NCBI GenBank assembly: GCA_963664015.2
Contig: CAXXLF010000002.1
Coordinates: 864,001-928,000 of the forward strand
Source of the DNA: Candidatus Binatia bacterium
GTDB taxonomy: Bacteria; Desulfobacterota; Binatia; UBA9968; CAXXLF01
Reading direction: 5' to 3'
Length of the DNA stretch: 64,000 bases
This document shows, piece after piece, positions 1-10,867 of the stretch. A program made the position numbers and the translations under genes. Position 1 is the stretch's first letter. The number at the start of each line of letters is the position of its first letter. The notes under the pieces are model-generated. The model saw nothing but the letters and a program-made list of their open reading frames with translations, had not been told where the DNA came from and searched no databases.

Positions 1-667
1 CCGTCTTGAAGGCCTGCTTGCAAACACGCAGGGCCCAGGGATTTTTCTCCATGAGCTTTCCGGCTAGCGCCACGGTCTCATCCCGTAGCTTCGCCCTTGG
101 GACAGCGTAATTCACCAAGCGGATCTCGGCGGCCTTCTTTCCGTCAAAGCTATCCCCGGTCATCGCATAGTAAAGCCCGTCCCGGTAGCTCACGACGTCG
201 GCGAACACCTTGCTCACGAGCCCCCCTGGAAGGATGCCCCAATTGATCTCGGAGAGTCCAAAAACCGCGTCCTCTGCCGCTATGGCAAAGTCACAAGCGA
301 TCAACGGCGTAAAGGCCCCGCCGAAACAAAAACCGTTGACCATGGCAATAGTCGGTTTTGGAAAGACATTGAGCTTTTCCCAACGCCATTGCTGGCTAGA
401 CCACCCCGCGCGCCGGCGCTCTTTGGGGTTGTTGTCCAACGCTCGAAAGTACTCTTTCAGGTCCTGCCCAGCGCACCAGCTCTCGCCGGCACCCGTTAAA
501 ACCAGGACCCGCGTCTCCTCATCCGTTTCCAGATCCGTAATCGCATCGAGCATGTCATAGTGCATCTGCGGGTTCATGGCATTACGCTTTTCGGGACGAT
601 TGAGAGTAACCCAGGTAATACCGTTTTCCTTCTCCACCTTGATCGTTTCATAAGAATTGGTCGCCAT
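1..667 (-). CDS. ech: p-hydroxycinnamoyl-CoA hydratase/lyase (crotonase superfamily); 3' end lies outside the window
   Basis: Manual translation from ATG 667: MATNSYETIKVEKENGITWVTLNRPEKRNAMNP...WCAGQDLKEYFR...AMVNGFCFGGAFTPLIACD...FGLSEINWGILPGG. AGQDLKEYFR and SEINWGI are characteristic of HCHL. Not in the ORF track because it is truncated. Confidence 0.85.
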   Translation of the reverse strand, partial: MATNSYETIKVEKENGITWVTLNRPEKRNAMNPQMHYDMLDAITDLETDEETRVLVLTGAGESWCAGQDLKEYFRALDNNPKERRRAGWSSQQWRWEKLNVFPKPTIAMVNGFCFGGAFTPLIACDFAIAAEDAVFGLSEINWGILPGGLVSKVFADVVSYRDGLYYAMTGDSFDGKKAAEIRLVNYAVPRAKLRDETVALAGKLMEKNPWALRVCKQAFKT

Positions 668-861
668 AGTTTCATTCCCCTTTTTGTGAGACTTCAAACG
701 CACTCTATGGGAGAGCAAACTTCAATGTCAAGACGCCGTCGAGCTGCAGCTCTGTTCCTCAAGTTCATTCAGCACTTAAGGCCTCTATTTTCCGTCCCGA
801 CCCACCCCCCCATCACGGCTCCTTTACACGCGCTATTAAGAAGATTAGCCTTGGGATCATC

Positions 862-2703
862 ATGATCGATACCACACCCAACTACGGGATGGACTGGGAT
901 TTAGCAAGCTACTTCTCCGAGTTCAACGGGCCCGAGATGCGCAGCTTCAAAGAGACGCTGCAAAAGGATTTGGCGGTGCTCCGGGAGCGGTCAAGCGCCC
1001 TCCCCCCTTTGAATGCCGAGACCGTAGCCCAATGGGCTCAAATCCTGACCGAGCACGAGGAGATCTCGACCCGTTTGTCCCACCTGAATTCTTACATCAG
1101 CTGCCTCACCGCCGCCGACACGCGAGTCGAGGCTTATCTTCAGGAACAGGCGGCATTGGCCTTGATCAACGCAGAATCGGCAAAGCTGCGGGTCGACCTG
1201 CTCAAAGCATTCAAGGAATCTTCCGAGTCGACTTTTTCCTCCCTCTTGGAGCGTCCCACCATGAAGGGGAGCGAGCACCACCTGCGCCGTCTAAGGAAGG
1301 AATCCAAGCACAGGATGGAGCGGGTAGAGGAGGTCCTCGCCACCGACCTTGCCGTCAATGGCCTACACGCATGGGGGCGGCTCTACGATACGCTTTCAGG
1401 AAAATTAGAATTCGACATGACCTATCCGGATGGCCGCTCCCAGCGCCTTCCCATTTCCCAAAGGCGCTCCCTGACCGAAAGCCCGGACCGGCTCGTACGC
1501 AAGGCCGCCTTCGACGGAGGCAACGTGGCATGGCAGGGAGTCGCTGACACCGCCGCCGCAGCCCTCAATGCCATATCCGGGACCCGGTTGACCCTCAACC
1601 GGCATCGCGGTGTGAATCATTTTCTCGATGTCGCGCTTTTTCAGTCGGGCATCAGCCGCAACACCCTGGAAGCCATGTTCGATGCGCTATACTCCCAACT
1701 GGATTTGCCGCGGCGTATCCTTCGCCTCAAGGCCCAAGCCATGGGCGTCCCATCGGTAGCGTGGTATGACCTGGGGGCCCCACTCCCGCTCGCGGACCAG
1801 GACGAGCTGCCGTGGGAAAAGGCCACGGCTCTGGTTCATTCCTCTTTCACCCAGGCCTACCCGGCCCTGGGCGAATTCCTCGGCAGGATCATCGAACGTC
1901 GTTGGATCGACTGGCAACCACGCCCAGGCAAACAGCCCGGAGGATTTTGCACAGGTTCGCAACTGGTCAAGGAATCCAGGATTTTTATGACCTACAATAA
2001 GTCCATGGGCGACGTGCTCACACTCGCCCACGAGACCGGCCATGCCTTTCACAGTCACATCATGCGGGATCTGCGGCCCTATGCCCGGCGCGGCCCCATG
2101 ACCTTGGCCGAAACGGCTTCGACCTTCGGGGAGATGATTCTGATCGACGGCATGTTAAAAGATCCGGAAATCACTGCGGCCCAAAAGGCCCTTGTGCTGG
2201 ATATGGAGACGGGACATGGGGCCATTTACCTTCTGGACATCCCTGTTCGCTATGAGTTCGAAAAAAAACTCTACCAGGAACGCGACCGCGGCGAGGTGAG
2301 CGTCAGCAGGCTTAAAGAGCTGATGGTCGAAACACAACGGGAGATCTTAAGCGACGTCCTGGAAGTCGGCGGGGAGGATCCCTACTTCTGGGCCTCGAAA
2401 CTCCACTTCTACATCACGGGGGTTACTTTCTATAACTTCCCTTATACCTTTGGATTTCTCCTGAGCAGGGGCCTCTTCTCCATGTTCAGCAAACACGGAG
2501 AAGAGTTTCTGCCACGATACGAGGAGTTCCTCCGTTCCACGGGTAGCGACACCCCGGAAAACATCGCCCGTAAAACCCTCGGCTGCAACCTGGAATCGAG
2601 TGAATTCTGGATCGAGGCTATCAACACACTCGTGGAACCGCTCAAGCAACTCGAGGCCCTCTTGCCCCAGCCCCTCCCCGGTGCAACGGGACAAGGCCGT
2701 TAA
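862..2703 (+). CDS. M3B family oligoendopeptidase F-like peptidase
   Basis: 613 aa; HETGH zinc motif, AETASTFGE, GKQPGGFC, FYNFPYTFG. Confidence 0.9.
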   Translation: MIDTTPNYGMDWDLASYFSEFNGPEMRSFKETLQKDLAVLRERSSALPPLNAETVAQWAQILTEHEEISTRLSHLNSYISCLTAADTRVEAYLQEQAALALINAESAKLRVDLLKAFKESSESTFSSLLERPTMKGSEHHLRRLRKESKHRMERVEEVLATDLAVNGLHAWGRLYDTLSGKLEFDMTYPDGRSQRLPISQRRSLTESPDRLVRKAAFDGGNVAWQGVADTAAAALNAISGTRLTLNRHRGVNHFLDVALFQSGISRNTLEAMFDALYSQLDLPRRILRLKAQAMGVPSVAWYDLGAPLPLADQDELPWEKATALVHSSFTQAYPALGEFLGRIIERRWIDWQPRPGKQPGGFCTGSQLVKESRIFMTYNKSMGDVLTLAHETGHAFHSHIMRDLRPYARRGPMTLAETASTFGEMILIDGMLKDPEITAAQKALVLDMETGHGAIYLLDIPVRYEFEKKLYQERDRGEVSVSRLKELMVETQREILSDVLEVGGEDPYFWASKLHFYITGVTFYNFPYTFGFLLSRGLFSMFSKHGEEFLPRYEEFLRSTGSDTPENIARKTLGCNLESSEFWIEAINTLVEPLKQLEALLPQPLPGATGQGR

Positions 2704-2754
2704 TTCACTATCACCCAGCTTGTTCCCCGGCCCGCAATCTGGTGAAATACAGGT

Positions 2755-3504
2755 ATGAGAATCCTCATTTCCAATGACGACGGCATCCAGTCCGAGGGGC
2801 TGGTGGCCCTTGAAGAAAAACTCAGCAACCTAGGTGAGATCTTCACCGTGGCGCCGGACCGGGAACAGACCTCAATGAGCCACGCCCTGACCCTGCACCG
2901 TCCACTGCGTGCAACAGAGATAGGCCCCAACCGCTTTGCCGTGGATGGAACCCCCACCGATTGCGTCAAGTTGGCGCTGACAGGACTCTTGCCCGTTCGA
3001 CCTGACTTAGTGGTGTCGGGAATCAATAAGGGACCCAACCTCGGCGATGACGTTATTTACTCGGGAACGGTTTCGGCAGCCATCGAGGGAACCCTCCTGG
3101 GAATCCCCTCCATGGCCGTCTCGTTGGCCGCCTTCAAGGACTTTTCCTTCGATGCGGCTGCGGATTTTGCCGCCCAATTAGCCACCCGCATTCTGCAAAA
3201 AGGACTCCCCCCGGGAACCCTCATAAACGTTAACGTCCCCGCCCTCCCCACCCTGGAGATCAAAGGATGGCGATTGACCCGTCAGGGAAAACGGCACTAC
3301 GCGGAAAAAGTGGTAGAGCGAGTCGATCCGAGGGGAAGAAAGTACTACTGGATCGGCGGTGACGATATGGGGTTTGCAAAGGAAGAGGGAACCGACTGCA
3401 TGGCGGTCAATGGAGGATTTATTTCCGTCACGCCCCTACACGCTGACATGACAAACCACGGCTCCTTTCAGGAGATCAAGTCCTTCATGTTTCCCTGGCC
3501 ATAG
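2755..3504 (+). CDS. surE: 5'/3'-nucleotidase SurE
   Basis: MRILISNDDG, DGTPTDCV, SGINKGPNLG, YSGTVSAA. Confidence 0.97.
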   Translation: MRILISNDDGIQSEGLVALEEKLSNLGEIFTVAPDREQTSMSHALTLHRPLRATEIGPNRFAVDGTPTDCVKLALTGLLPVRPDLVVSGINKGPNLGDDVIYSGTVSAAIEGTLLGIPSMAVSLAAFKDFSFDAAADFAAQLATRILQKGLPPGTLINVNVPALPTLEIKGWRLTRQGKRHYAEKVVERVDPRGRKYYWIGGDDMGFAKEEGTDCMAVNGGFISVTPLHADMTNHGSFQEIKSFMFPWP

Positions 3505-3752
3505 CCCGAGTCGAGGCTTTCCTACCTATCAGTCCAATCCTGACTCCCCACTTTAGGGGATATTGCGGTCTAAGTGCATCGGTAAGGCGTGTTTGACTGT
3601 CATTCAATCGCGGCGCACATTCCCGCAATTGGACAAGGGTAGGCTAAAGATTAAATTATTTAGAATGAAACCGTCACAGATCAAGCGCACCGCGGATCCC
3701 TTAGAAAGATTCCGAATGCTACGGGGCTCGGTTTCGTAAATGCACGGGGCGG

Positions 3753-4820
3753 CTACCCGGTTGGCAGACCGTGTTTTTTGTTAAGTTTGCGCAGGGAGTC
3801 CTTGACCTCACTGGAAGGTGAGGTGGTCTCGAGCACCAAGGCCTCCGTCTCTTTCGCCCCCTGGACAACCCATCCCTCACCGAAGAAGCGGGTTGTCGCC
3901 TTTTTGAAATCCGGGTCCTTGGCAAGCTTTAGGTAGGCTCCTCGGACCATCCTGGTAATGTTATCAGGTGTGCGCCGAGGGAGAAAGACAGGCTTGTCCA
4001 GATCGCATGGTCCGGCAAAGAATTTATAAGCCTGCCGTGGCACCCCGTTCGGCCGCTTGGTCCCCATTAGTTCCTCAAAAGCCTGAAGGTTTGGAAAATC
4101 CTTTCTGCGTATCGATCCCACCACCGATACGATGTCGACCAGATTGCTTTTAACCAGACTATTCATAATCGGAACGTTTGCCGTTGCCATCATCTCGATT
4201 TCACCCTGCTGAAAGGCCAGCACCATTTCTCCGGTGCCCGCGTACCCGTAGATAAAGCGGACGTTCCACCCCAACTGCTCCGCACCCCAAAGGGTCGTTG
4301 CCAGCCAATCTCGGGTACCGTCGGAATCTCCAACTACCACCGGTTTGGCATTTGGATCTCGAAGGCGAGCGTGGGCATCCTTACGGATCATGAGAACACT
4401 CCCACCTCGATTGATCGACCCTACGGCACGGAACTCACGCGGATCGTACTTAATCTTCTTGCCCCCTCTACGGAACTGGGTCACCGTCGCCGACGAGGAT
4501 TGAAAGATATCCAGGCCGGTGGACTTGGCGACAGGGTAAAAGTAATTATTGGCAAGGACCCCGCCACCCTCGGGCATATTCTGTACGACACTCAAAGGAT
4601 TGCCGGGCAGATATCGGGGTAAAAACCGAGCCACGACCCGAGCTGCGGAATCGGTTCCGCCCCCGGCACTGGAGTTCACGAGGATCTTGATTGTTTTCTC
4701 TTTAAAAAATGATTTCCCCGATTGGGCGGTTGCCCGGGAAGTCTGGATCAGGGCCCCCAACGCAAACACCGCTAGCGAAATTATGATAATCACACTAGGA
4801 CCTCTTCTCACGGTATTCAT
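3753..4820 (-). CDS. Tripartite tricarboxylate transporter (Bug/TctC-like) substrate-binding protein
   Basis: Signal peptide; AGGGTDSAARVVARFL..LPGNP..VVQNMPEGGG; GYAGTGEMVLAFQQGEI. Confidence 0.8.
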   Translation of the reverse strand: MNTVRRGPSVIIIISLAVFALGALIQTSRATAQSGKSFFKEKTIKILVNSSAGGGTDSAARVVARFLPRYLPGNPLSVVQNMPEGGGVLANNYFYPVAKSTGLDIFQSSSATVTQFRRGGKKIKYDPREFRAVGSINRGGSVLMIRKDAHARLRDPNAKPVVVGDSDGTRDWLATTLWGAEQLGWNVRFIYGYAGTGEMVLAFQQGEIEMMATANVPIMNSLVKSNLVDIVSVVGSIRRKDFPNLQAFEELMGTKRPNGVPRQAYKFFAGPCDLDKPVFLPRRTPDNITRMVRGAYLKLAKDPDFKKATTRFFGEGWVVQGAKETEALVLETTSPSSEVKDSLRKLNKKHGLPTG

Positions 4821-4849
4821 TCAACTACCCTCCTCCTGCATTCCCGAAA

Positions 4850-4870
4850 TGATTCTGAATACCAGAATCA
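4850..4870. promoter_or_regulatory. Perfect 8-5-8 palindrome, candidate operator
   Basis: TGATTCTG-AATAC-CAGAATCA, 30 bp upstream of the TTT binding-protein start. Confidence 0.45.
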
Positions 4871-5118
4871 ATCAGAGAGTTATCCTCCGCTGCAGAATAT
4901 AAATCCTCGAGTGTTCTCTTATTCTCTTGGGTTATGGAGTCAACCCATGTCGCCGCCGAGGCCGGGGCCAGGGCTGGGACCGTAAATTTCCAACTCTTGG
5001 TAGGTCCATTGTGCTGCAGGGATTACAATTTGGAGGTGGATCAGTGCGAACTTTCCTAAAACAATATTTGGACAGTAGGATTATGCCCGGATTGCTATAA
5101 TACGGCTTGCGACCTTTG

Positions 5119-6365
5119 CTATTCCGCTGCTCCCATCCTGGACTTTTTTGTTCCCGGCTCGCGGGTGAACAAGAGCGCAATCATCGCGAGGAAATAATAA
5201 GTAGCAATGAGGGAAAAGGCGTACCCGAACCCATATTTGTGCATCATCCATCCCGTAAGGAGGGTCCAAAAGGGCCCGGACATAAAACCGATCGCGTAGT
5301 TTAGGCTGAAGGCCGCATCCATGGCCTGCTCGTCCACAATGTCGGTGAGCAGCGTCTGCGTCAGGGATTGACGGGAATGAACCGCGAGCCCGTAGAAGGA
5401 CAGGCTCACCAGTAACCAGCCGGACATGCTCGTCATCCAACCGAGCCAGGTTGTCGAGATAGCAGACACCAGGAGCGACAGCTGGAGGGTACCAACCCGG
5501 CTGAACCGATCGGATGCCCAACCCCAAAGCATAGGCGCCACCAATCCTGCAAGCTGGAGCAAGGTAAACAGGAATGCGGCATATGTCACATCCAAATTCA
5601 AATCGTTCACAAAGTGGGGGACGAGAAAAGTCGTATTGATGCCGCCACTCATGCCCGCCGCTCCGACCATGAGCACCATGGAGATAACCATAAAGTTACG
5701 ATTCTTGAGGCAGCTCTTGTATGCCTCCCAGCCCTGAAAGGCTCGTCCCCTCTTGCCCTCCCCTAGAGTGGCCACGGGAGTTTTAGACTTGACCGCGTCA
5801 CCGAATAGAAAGTAAGGCACAGCGGTGAGGAAACTGATCCCCCCGAAAATCCAGAAGATCGTTCGCCAGTCTACATAGAGAATCAGAATACCGGCCGATA
5901 GGGGTGCAAGCAGCGATCCAATACTTCCCGAAGTCGTATGAAGAGCGAGGGTTCGGCCCGCGCCTCCGGATAGTGGGTTGCCAGCATGGTGGAACCCACC
6001 GAATGTTACGGACTCGAACCGATGCCGGAGACGATTCGGGTGACCAGGACAAACGGATAACTGACCGCAAATCCCATCGGGATCACCGAAATCCCGACGA
6101 TAAATTTTCCAGTGCCCAAAATAACGCCCCGTTTCACATACTGGACGATAAGACCGTAAAGGGCTTGCAGGAACTGACCGACCATGTTCCGAAAGGTGCT
6201 GATGATACCGATCTGTACGTAGCCGAATCCCAGATCCCGCATGAGCAGCGGGAACACCACGGACATCATGGAGGTCTGAAAATGATTCACCAGATGGAAT
6301 GCGCAAACAATGCTAAAAATGTTTTTGCGGGAGAGGCCACCGTGGTTTTGATCCGCACTTGTCAT
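5119..6365 (-). pseudogene. MFS transporter, disrupted
   Basis: N-terminal part 6365-6006 ends at TAA (GSSP*HSVG). A 1-bp frameshift follows near 5958. The C-terminal half has the MFS motif WGWASDRFSR. Confidence 0.8.
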
Positions 6366-6449
6366 GGTTAATACCGACTCAGCGTTTCGGACGGTCGTTC
6401 ATCACAGATTCCCAGAAATGCTCCAAGATCCTATTCCCTGGCAACGCTG

Positions 6450-6494
6450 AATTCAACCAATTCGACTCATTCGTCTAATTCATCTAATTCAATT
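6450..6494. repeat. Five tandem imperfect 9-bp repeats
   Basis: AATTCAACC AATTCGACT CATTCGTCT AATTCATCT AATTCAATT in a divergent intergenic region. Confidence 0.7.
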
Positions 6495-6573
6495 TGCCTG
6501 TTATGAATTTAGATTGAAATCGACCGACGAATGCAATAGGTTTACCCTGGTCAGGCTCCAAGGAGGCAAAAAT

Positions 6574-8802
6574 ATGTCGTACCGAATCATAGGCCAACCA
6601 ACGCCTCGGGCCGAGTCTTCGAAGGTCACCGGTTCTGAACACTACACTAGCGACGTCCTCCTCCCGGGGACCCTTTGGGGCAAGGTGCTACGCAGTCCTT
6701 ACCCCCATGCGCGCATCGTCCACATGGACACCTCTCGTGCCGAGGCCGCAACCGGCGTACGAGCAATCCTGACCGGGAACGACGTGCGCGGGATCCTCTA
6801 CGGCCGGAACTACCGGGACCTGTCGGTCCTGGCTCAGGACCGGGTGCGATTTGTCGGCGAACGAGTGGCGGCTATCGCCGCCGACGAGCGCGACGCGGCC
6901 CAAGAGGCGCTAGACCTCATCCAAGTGGATTACGAAGAGCTCCCAGCCGTCTTCGATCCCCAAACAGCCCTCGCAGAAGGGGCCCCGATTATCCATCCGG
7001 AGGTCAACACCTACCTGGGGCTGCCCCGGCCCCTGGAGAAACCGTCCAATGCCTACGTCCACGATCTCCACGAACAAGGGGACCTGGAGACGGGGTTTGC
7101 CCAGTCGGACTTGATTGTAGAGAACACCTTTACGACCCCTCGGGTGCATCAGGCCTTTCTGGAGCCCCATTGCTGCATGGTCTGGATCGATGAACAGAAA
7201 AGGGTCCAGATCTGGTCCTCCAGCAAGGCGCCTCACGTTCTAAAAGAAAGCATGGCCGACGCCCTGAAGATTCCCCCCGAACGTATTCGGGTCAACCCCG
7301 TATCCATTGGTGGGGACTTTGGCGGTAAAGGCGGGGCCCTCGACGAGCCTATCGCCTATTACCTCGCCCAGCGTTCCGGCCGGCCGGTAAAGATGATCAT
7401 GGATTACCAGGAGGAGTTCATGGCCGGAGACCCACGCCATGCGGCCATCTTCAAGATGAAAACAGGCGTCAAACGAGACGGCACTCTCGTGGCCCACCAG
7501 ATGGAGGCCTACTTCGACAGCGGCGCTTATGGCGGACTCAGGCCCGGAGCCAGTATCAATGGAGCCAGTAAAGGCGGCACCTGGTACCGCTGCCCCCATG
7601 CCCGCATCTCGGTCAAGCGGATCTACACCAACAACATGCCCGGCGGACAGATGAGGGCGCCGGGAGAGCCCCAGTCGTACTTCGCCGCCGAATCCCATAT
7701 GGACTGTGTCGCGCATAAACTCGGGATAGACCCACTGGAGTTCCGGCGAAAGAATCTCATTGAAGAAGGAGACAGGACGCTGAATGGAGACCTCTACCAG
7801 GGGGTCAGGGCCAAGGAGACCCTGGAGGCTGCGGTGAGAGCAGCCCGCTATAACGCTCCTAGGTCGCCCAACGTCGGGCGAGGAATCGCTATGGGCCACC
7901 GGGCTCCTGGAGGAGGATTTACCTCCCTTGCGATCGAACTGAATCCCGACGGATCCGTCGTCCTGCACACTGGGGTCATAGAACAAGGGACCGGTACCTA
8001 TACCACCCACAGGCAAATCGTGGCGGAGGAATTGTCCCTTCGCCCCGATGATATCCAGATCAAGATCCTCGATACCGATTCGTCCCCTTTTGACTCGGGT
8101 ATCGGTGGCAGCCGAGGAACTCGCACCGCCACCCAAACGGCTTTTGAAGCTGCTATAGAAACCAAACAGGAGCTATTTCGCATGGCGGAAGAGCACCTGG
8201 GATGGTCTCGGGCAGAATTGACCCTGGTGGGCAGGGATATCGTTCGCAAGAGAACACGAGAGCGCCACCGTTGGGACCGACTCCTGGCCCGGGCGGGCCG
8301 TTCCATCTTCAAGCAGGTCATCAATCAGGACCGGGGCCACGCCCCGTTGACCGCCTTCACCGCCCAGGTTGCCGAGGTCTCGGTGGATCCCGAGACCGGA
8401 AAGGTTCAGCTCCTTCACTTTACGACGGCTCACGACGTGGGGACGATCATCAATCCGATCGGCCACCAGGGACAGATAGACGGAGGAGTCGTTCAAGGCA
8501 TCGGCTTTGCACTGACGGAAGAGCTCCACGTAGACGGGGGTCGCGTGGGGACACTCCACTTCGGGGATTACAAGATTCCTACAGCAAGAGATATTCCTAC
8601 GCTAAGAACCGTGATCGTCAAAGGCAAAGATGGGGTGGGGCCGTACAAGGCCAAAGGAATCGGTGAAAACCCCAACACGCCGGTGGCCGGGGCGATAGCC
8701 AATGCGGTGGAAGACGCCGTGGGTGTCCGTATTCGCGACCTTCCCGTCACAGCCGAGAAGGTCTGCAAGGCCCTACATGCAAAGAAAGTAAATACGATCT
8801 AG
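6574..8802 (+). CDS. Xanthine dehydrogenase/CoxL-family molybdopterin-binding large subunit (orphan #1)
   Basis: KVTG..Y..D, LRSPYPHARI, HQAFLEPH, GGDFGGK, QMRAPG, GQIDGGVVQGIG, KGIGE; RBS AGGAGG before ATG 6574. Confidence 0.92.
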   Translation: MSYRIIGQPTPRAESSKVTGSEHYTSDVLLPGTLWGKVLRSPYPHARIVHMDTSRAEAATGVRAILTGNDVRGILYGRNYRDLSVLAQDRVRFVGERVAAIAADERDAAQEALDLIQVDYEELPAVFDPQTALAEGAPIIHPEVNTYLGLPRPLEKPSNAYVHDLHEQGDLETGFAQSDLIVENTFTTPRVHQAFLEPHCCMVWIDEQKRVQIWSSSKAPHVLKESMADALKIPPERIRVNPVSIGGDFGGKGGALDEPIAYYLAQRSGRPVKMIMDYQEEFMAGDPRHAAIFKMKTGVKRDGTLVAHQMEAYFDSGAYGGLRPGASINGASKGGTWYRCPHARISVKRIYTNNMPGGQMRAPGEPQSYFAAESHMDCVAHKLGIDPLEFRRKNLIEEGDRTLNGDLYQGVRAKETLEAAVRAARYNAPRSPNVGRGIAMGHRAPGGGFTSLAIELNPDGSVVLHTGVIEQGTGTYTTHRQIVAEELSLRPDDIQIKILDTDSSPFDSGIGGSRGTRTATQTAFEAAIETKQELFRMAEEHLGWSRAELTLVGRDIVRKRTRERHRWDRLLARAGRSIFKQVINQDRGHAPLTAFTAQVAEVSVDPETGKVQLLHFTTAHDVGTIINPIGHQGQIDGGVVQGIGFALTEELHVDGGRVGTLHFGDYKIPTARDIPTLRTVIVKGKDGVGPYKAKGIGENPNTPVAGAIANAVEDAVGVRIRDLPVTAEKVCKALHAKKVNTI

Positions 8803-8867
8803 TGCCACCGCACTGACCAGCAAACCCGTTCTGCCTAGAATGGTGTAATCCATATACGCAGCCTTGG

Positions 8868-9746
8868 CTACGAGCCAAGGCGCAGGAAAGCAACACCCAT
8901 GACCGCAAGCAGGCTGGCCAGTACAACCCGTTGCGTGATCTGTTCCAATCCTCGTAAAAATACCGCACTCAAGAGCACGGTAATGAGCGGCACGGTTTCC
9001 ATTATGGGTGTGACACGAACAACCTCGCCATAGAAGAGCGCATAAAATCCAATGATCCAAGCCGCGATTACGAATACGGTGGAAAGGACAAAGCAAAGGA
9101 AACTCCTTTTCTCATACGTCAGGGCGCTACGAGTCGATCCGGATGCCGCTAGTAAGGCCAAGGAAAACAGGAAGCCGCCCGTGGTACCGATTGCCGCGCC
9201 GAAAATAGGTGCATTAAACACTAAGAGGCCAGCCTTACGGAGAACCTCGGAGCCTCCCCGAACTGCTGCGGCTGCAACTCCTAAGAGAAAGCCTCGGTTA
9301 CGTAGCATACGGAAGTCGAAGCCTTGTTTTTCATTCTTAGGCACGGCCAGGAAAGCAGCTCCCATGGTGAGACACATCCCCAACATCTTTAAAGGCGTAA
9401 GTTTCTCATCAAAAAACGCCACGGAAATCATGGAGACAATCAGTGGGAAGCTGTTGGTAGCGGTGGATGACAGGGATACCCCGATCCGGGAAATAGCGGA
9501 GTAAAGGAAAAAACGGAAGAGGCCTGGGGCAAGCACTCCCGCCGCCAAAAAATAGGGCAGAGAGCGGACGCTCCATACTTGCAACGGGTAGAAGATGATG
9601 AGCAAGGTAAGAAAGACAAGAAACGTTACCGTGAGGGAGACTATGACCGCTGTAGTCGAATTGGAGCCAAAAGCCAGCCCCTTACGCACGGCTATATTGC
9701 TCAACGCGTACCTGAGTGCGGTGATAAAAGATAACGACTCGATCAT
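8868..9746 (-). CDS. DMT/EamA family transporter
   Basis: About 10 hydrophobic segments in two EamA repeats (FFDEKLT...; VRVTPIMETVPLITVLLSAVFL). Confidence 0.85.
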   Translation of the reverse strand: MIESLSFITALRYALSNIAVRKGLAFGSNSTTAVIVSLTVTFLVFLTLLIIFYPLQVWSVRSLPYFLAAGVLAPGLFRFFLYSAISRIGVSLSSTATNSFPLIVSMISVAFFDEKLTPLKMLGMCLTMGAAFLAVPKNEKQGFDFRMLRNRGFLLGVAAAAVRGGSEVLRKAGLLVFNAPIFGAAIGTTGGFLFSLALLAASGSTRSALTYEKRSFLCFVLSTVFVIAAWIIGFYALFYGEVVRVTPIMETVPLITVLLSAVFLRGLEQITQRVVLASLLAVMGVAFLRLGS

Positions 9747-9790
9747 GGCTTAACCCAAAGCACTCAGGATACTTGGAATGGTCTTTTTGC

Positions 9791-9809
9791 CAAACCACCG
9801 GTTGGTTTG
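9791..9809. promoter_or_regulatory. 7-5-7 palindrome, candidate operator
   Basis: CAAACCA-CCGGT-TGGTTTG, 45 bp upstream of the EamA start. Confidence 0.35.
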
Positions 9810-9970
9810 ACTAAAGGGATCAACCACTATAGTAAAAGGCTCAAATCAATCCAAATGGTATAGTTAAGATCTAGGAGCTGATCGGTTGTTTCTATGATTC
9901 CACCGAGCGGGGAGAGGCAGGCAAACTTTTGGCATCCCTATCGGCGGATCATCGCTACTCGCCCCCCTTC

Positions 9971-10867
9971 ATGAACATCATAATCATAGGCAATCCGATA
10001 GCGGGACGGGGGAAGGCAAATCGCCAGATCGAGAGCCTGCCAAAGATACTCGAGCGACAGGGTCACCGAGTCACGACGTTTTAAACTCAAGCCGCGGGAG
10101 AAGCGGGACGTTGGGCCAGCCATGTCAAGCCCGACACAGGGGCCGTTGTCGTCGCCGGTGGCGACGGAACCCTAAACGAATTTCTTAACGGTATTCATGA
10201 TCCAAGTCGCGTACCCGTTGCCCTATTGCCCACCGGCAGCGCCAACGTCCTCGCCCATGAGCTAGGGTTGCCTTACGAGCCCGAGCAAATTGCCCGAATG
10301 ATTGATCGGGGAATGGTGCGGAGGATTGATATGGGGCAACTCGGTAATCGCCGTTTCCTGCTGCTGGTCAGCGCAGGCATTGATGCAATGGTTACCGAGT
10401 CGATCCAACGGAGCCGGAGGGGCACCCTTGGCTATAGCGGCTATCTGCTCCCCCCCCTAAAAGTGATCGTTCATTATCGTTTCCAAAAGCCTGAGGTCAC
10501 GGTCGATGGTCGGGAACCTGTGAGTGGAACTCTCGTTATGGTCAGTAACGTTCAAAACTACGGAGGAATTTTTAGTATTACGGATCGCGCTCGTAGCGGT
10601 TCTGGCCACCTGGATATCTGTGTATTCCACCATGGGACTATTCTAGCGCTGATTCGGTATGCCTTCTATGCACTTCGCCGCAGGGTATCGTGCCTGGCCG
10701 ATGTGACCTATCTTACGGGGAAGACCATTCGAATTGATTCTGAAGAGCCCGTTGCCGTAGAAGTAGACGGGGACTATTTCGTTACGACTCCGGCCGTGAT
10801 CGAGCTTAAACCTGCCTACGTTCCCATCCTCGTCCCTCACACGCCGCCGAACCAATGCATTCCATAG
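9971..10867 (+). pseudogene. Diacylglycerol-kinase-family (YegS/DgkB-like) lipid kinase with an in-frame stop
   Basis: MNIIIIGNPIAGRG...TTF*(TAA 10082-10084)TQAAG...VAGGDGTLNE...LPTGSANVLA; same frame as ORF 10226..10867. Confidence 0.85.
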
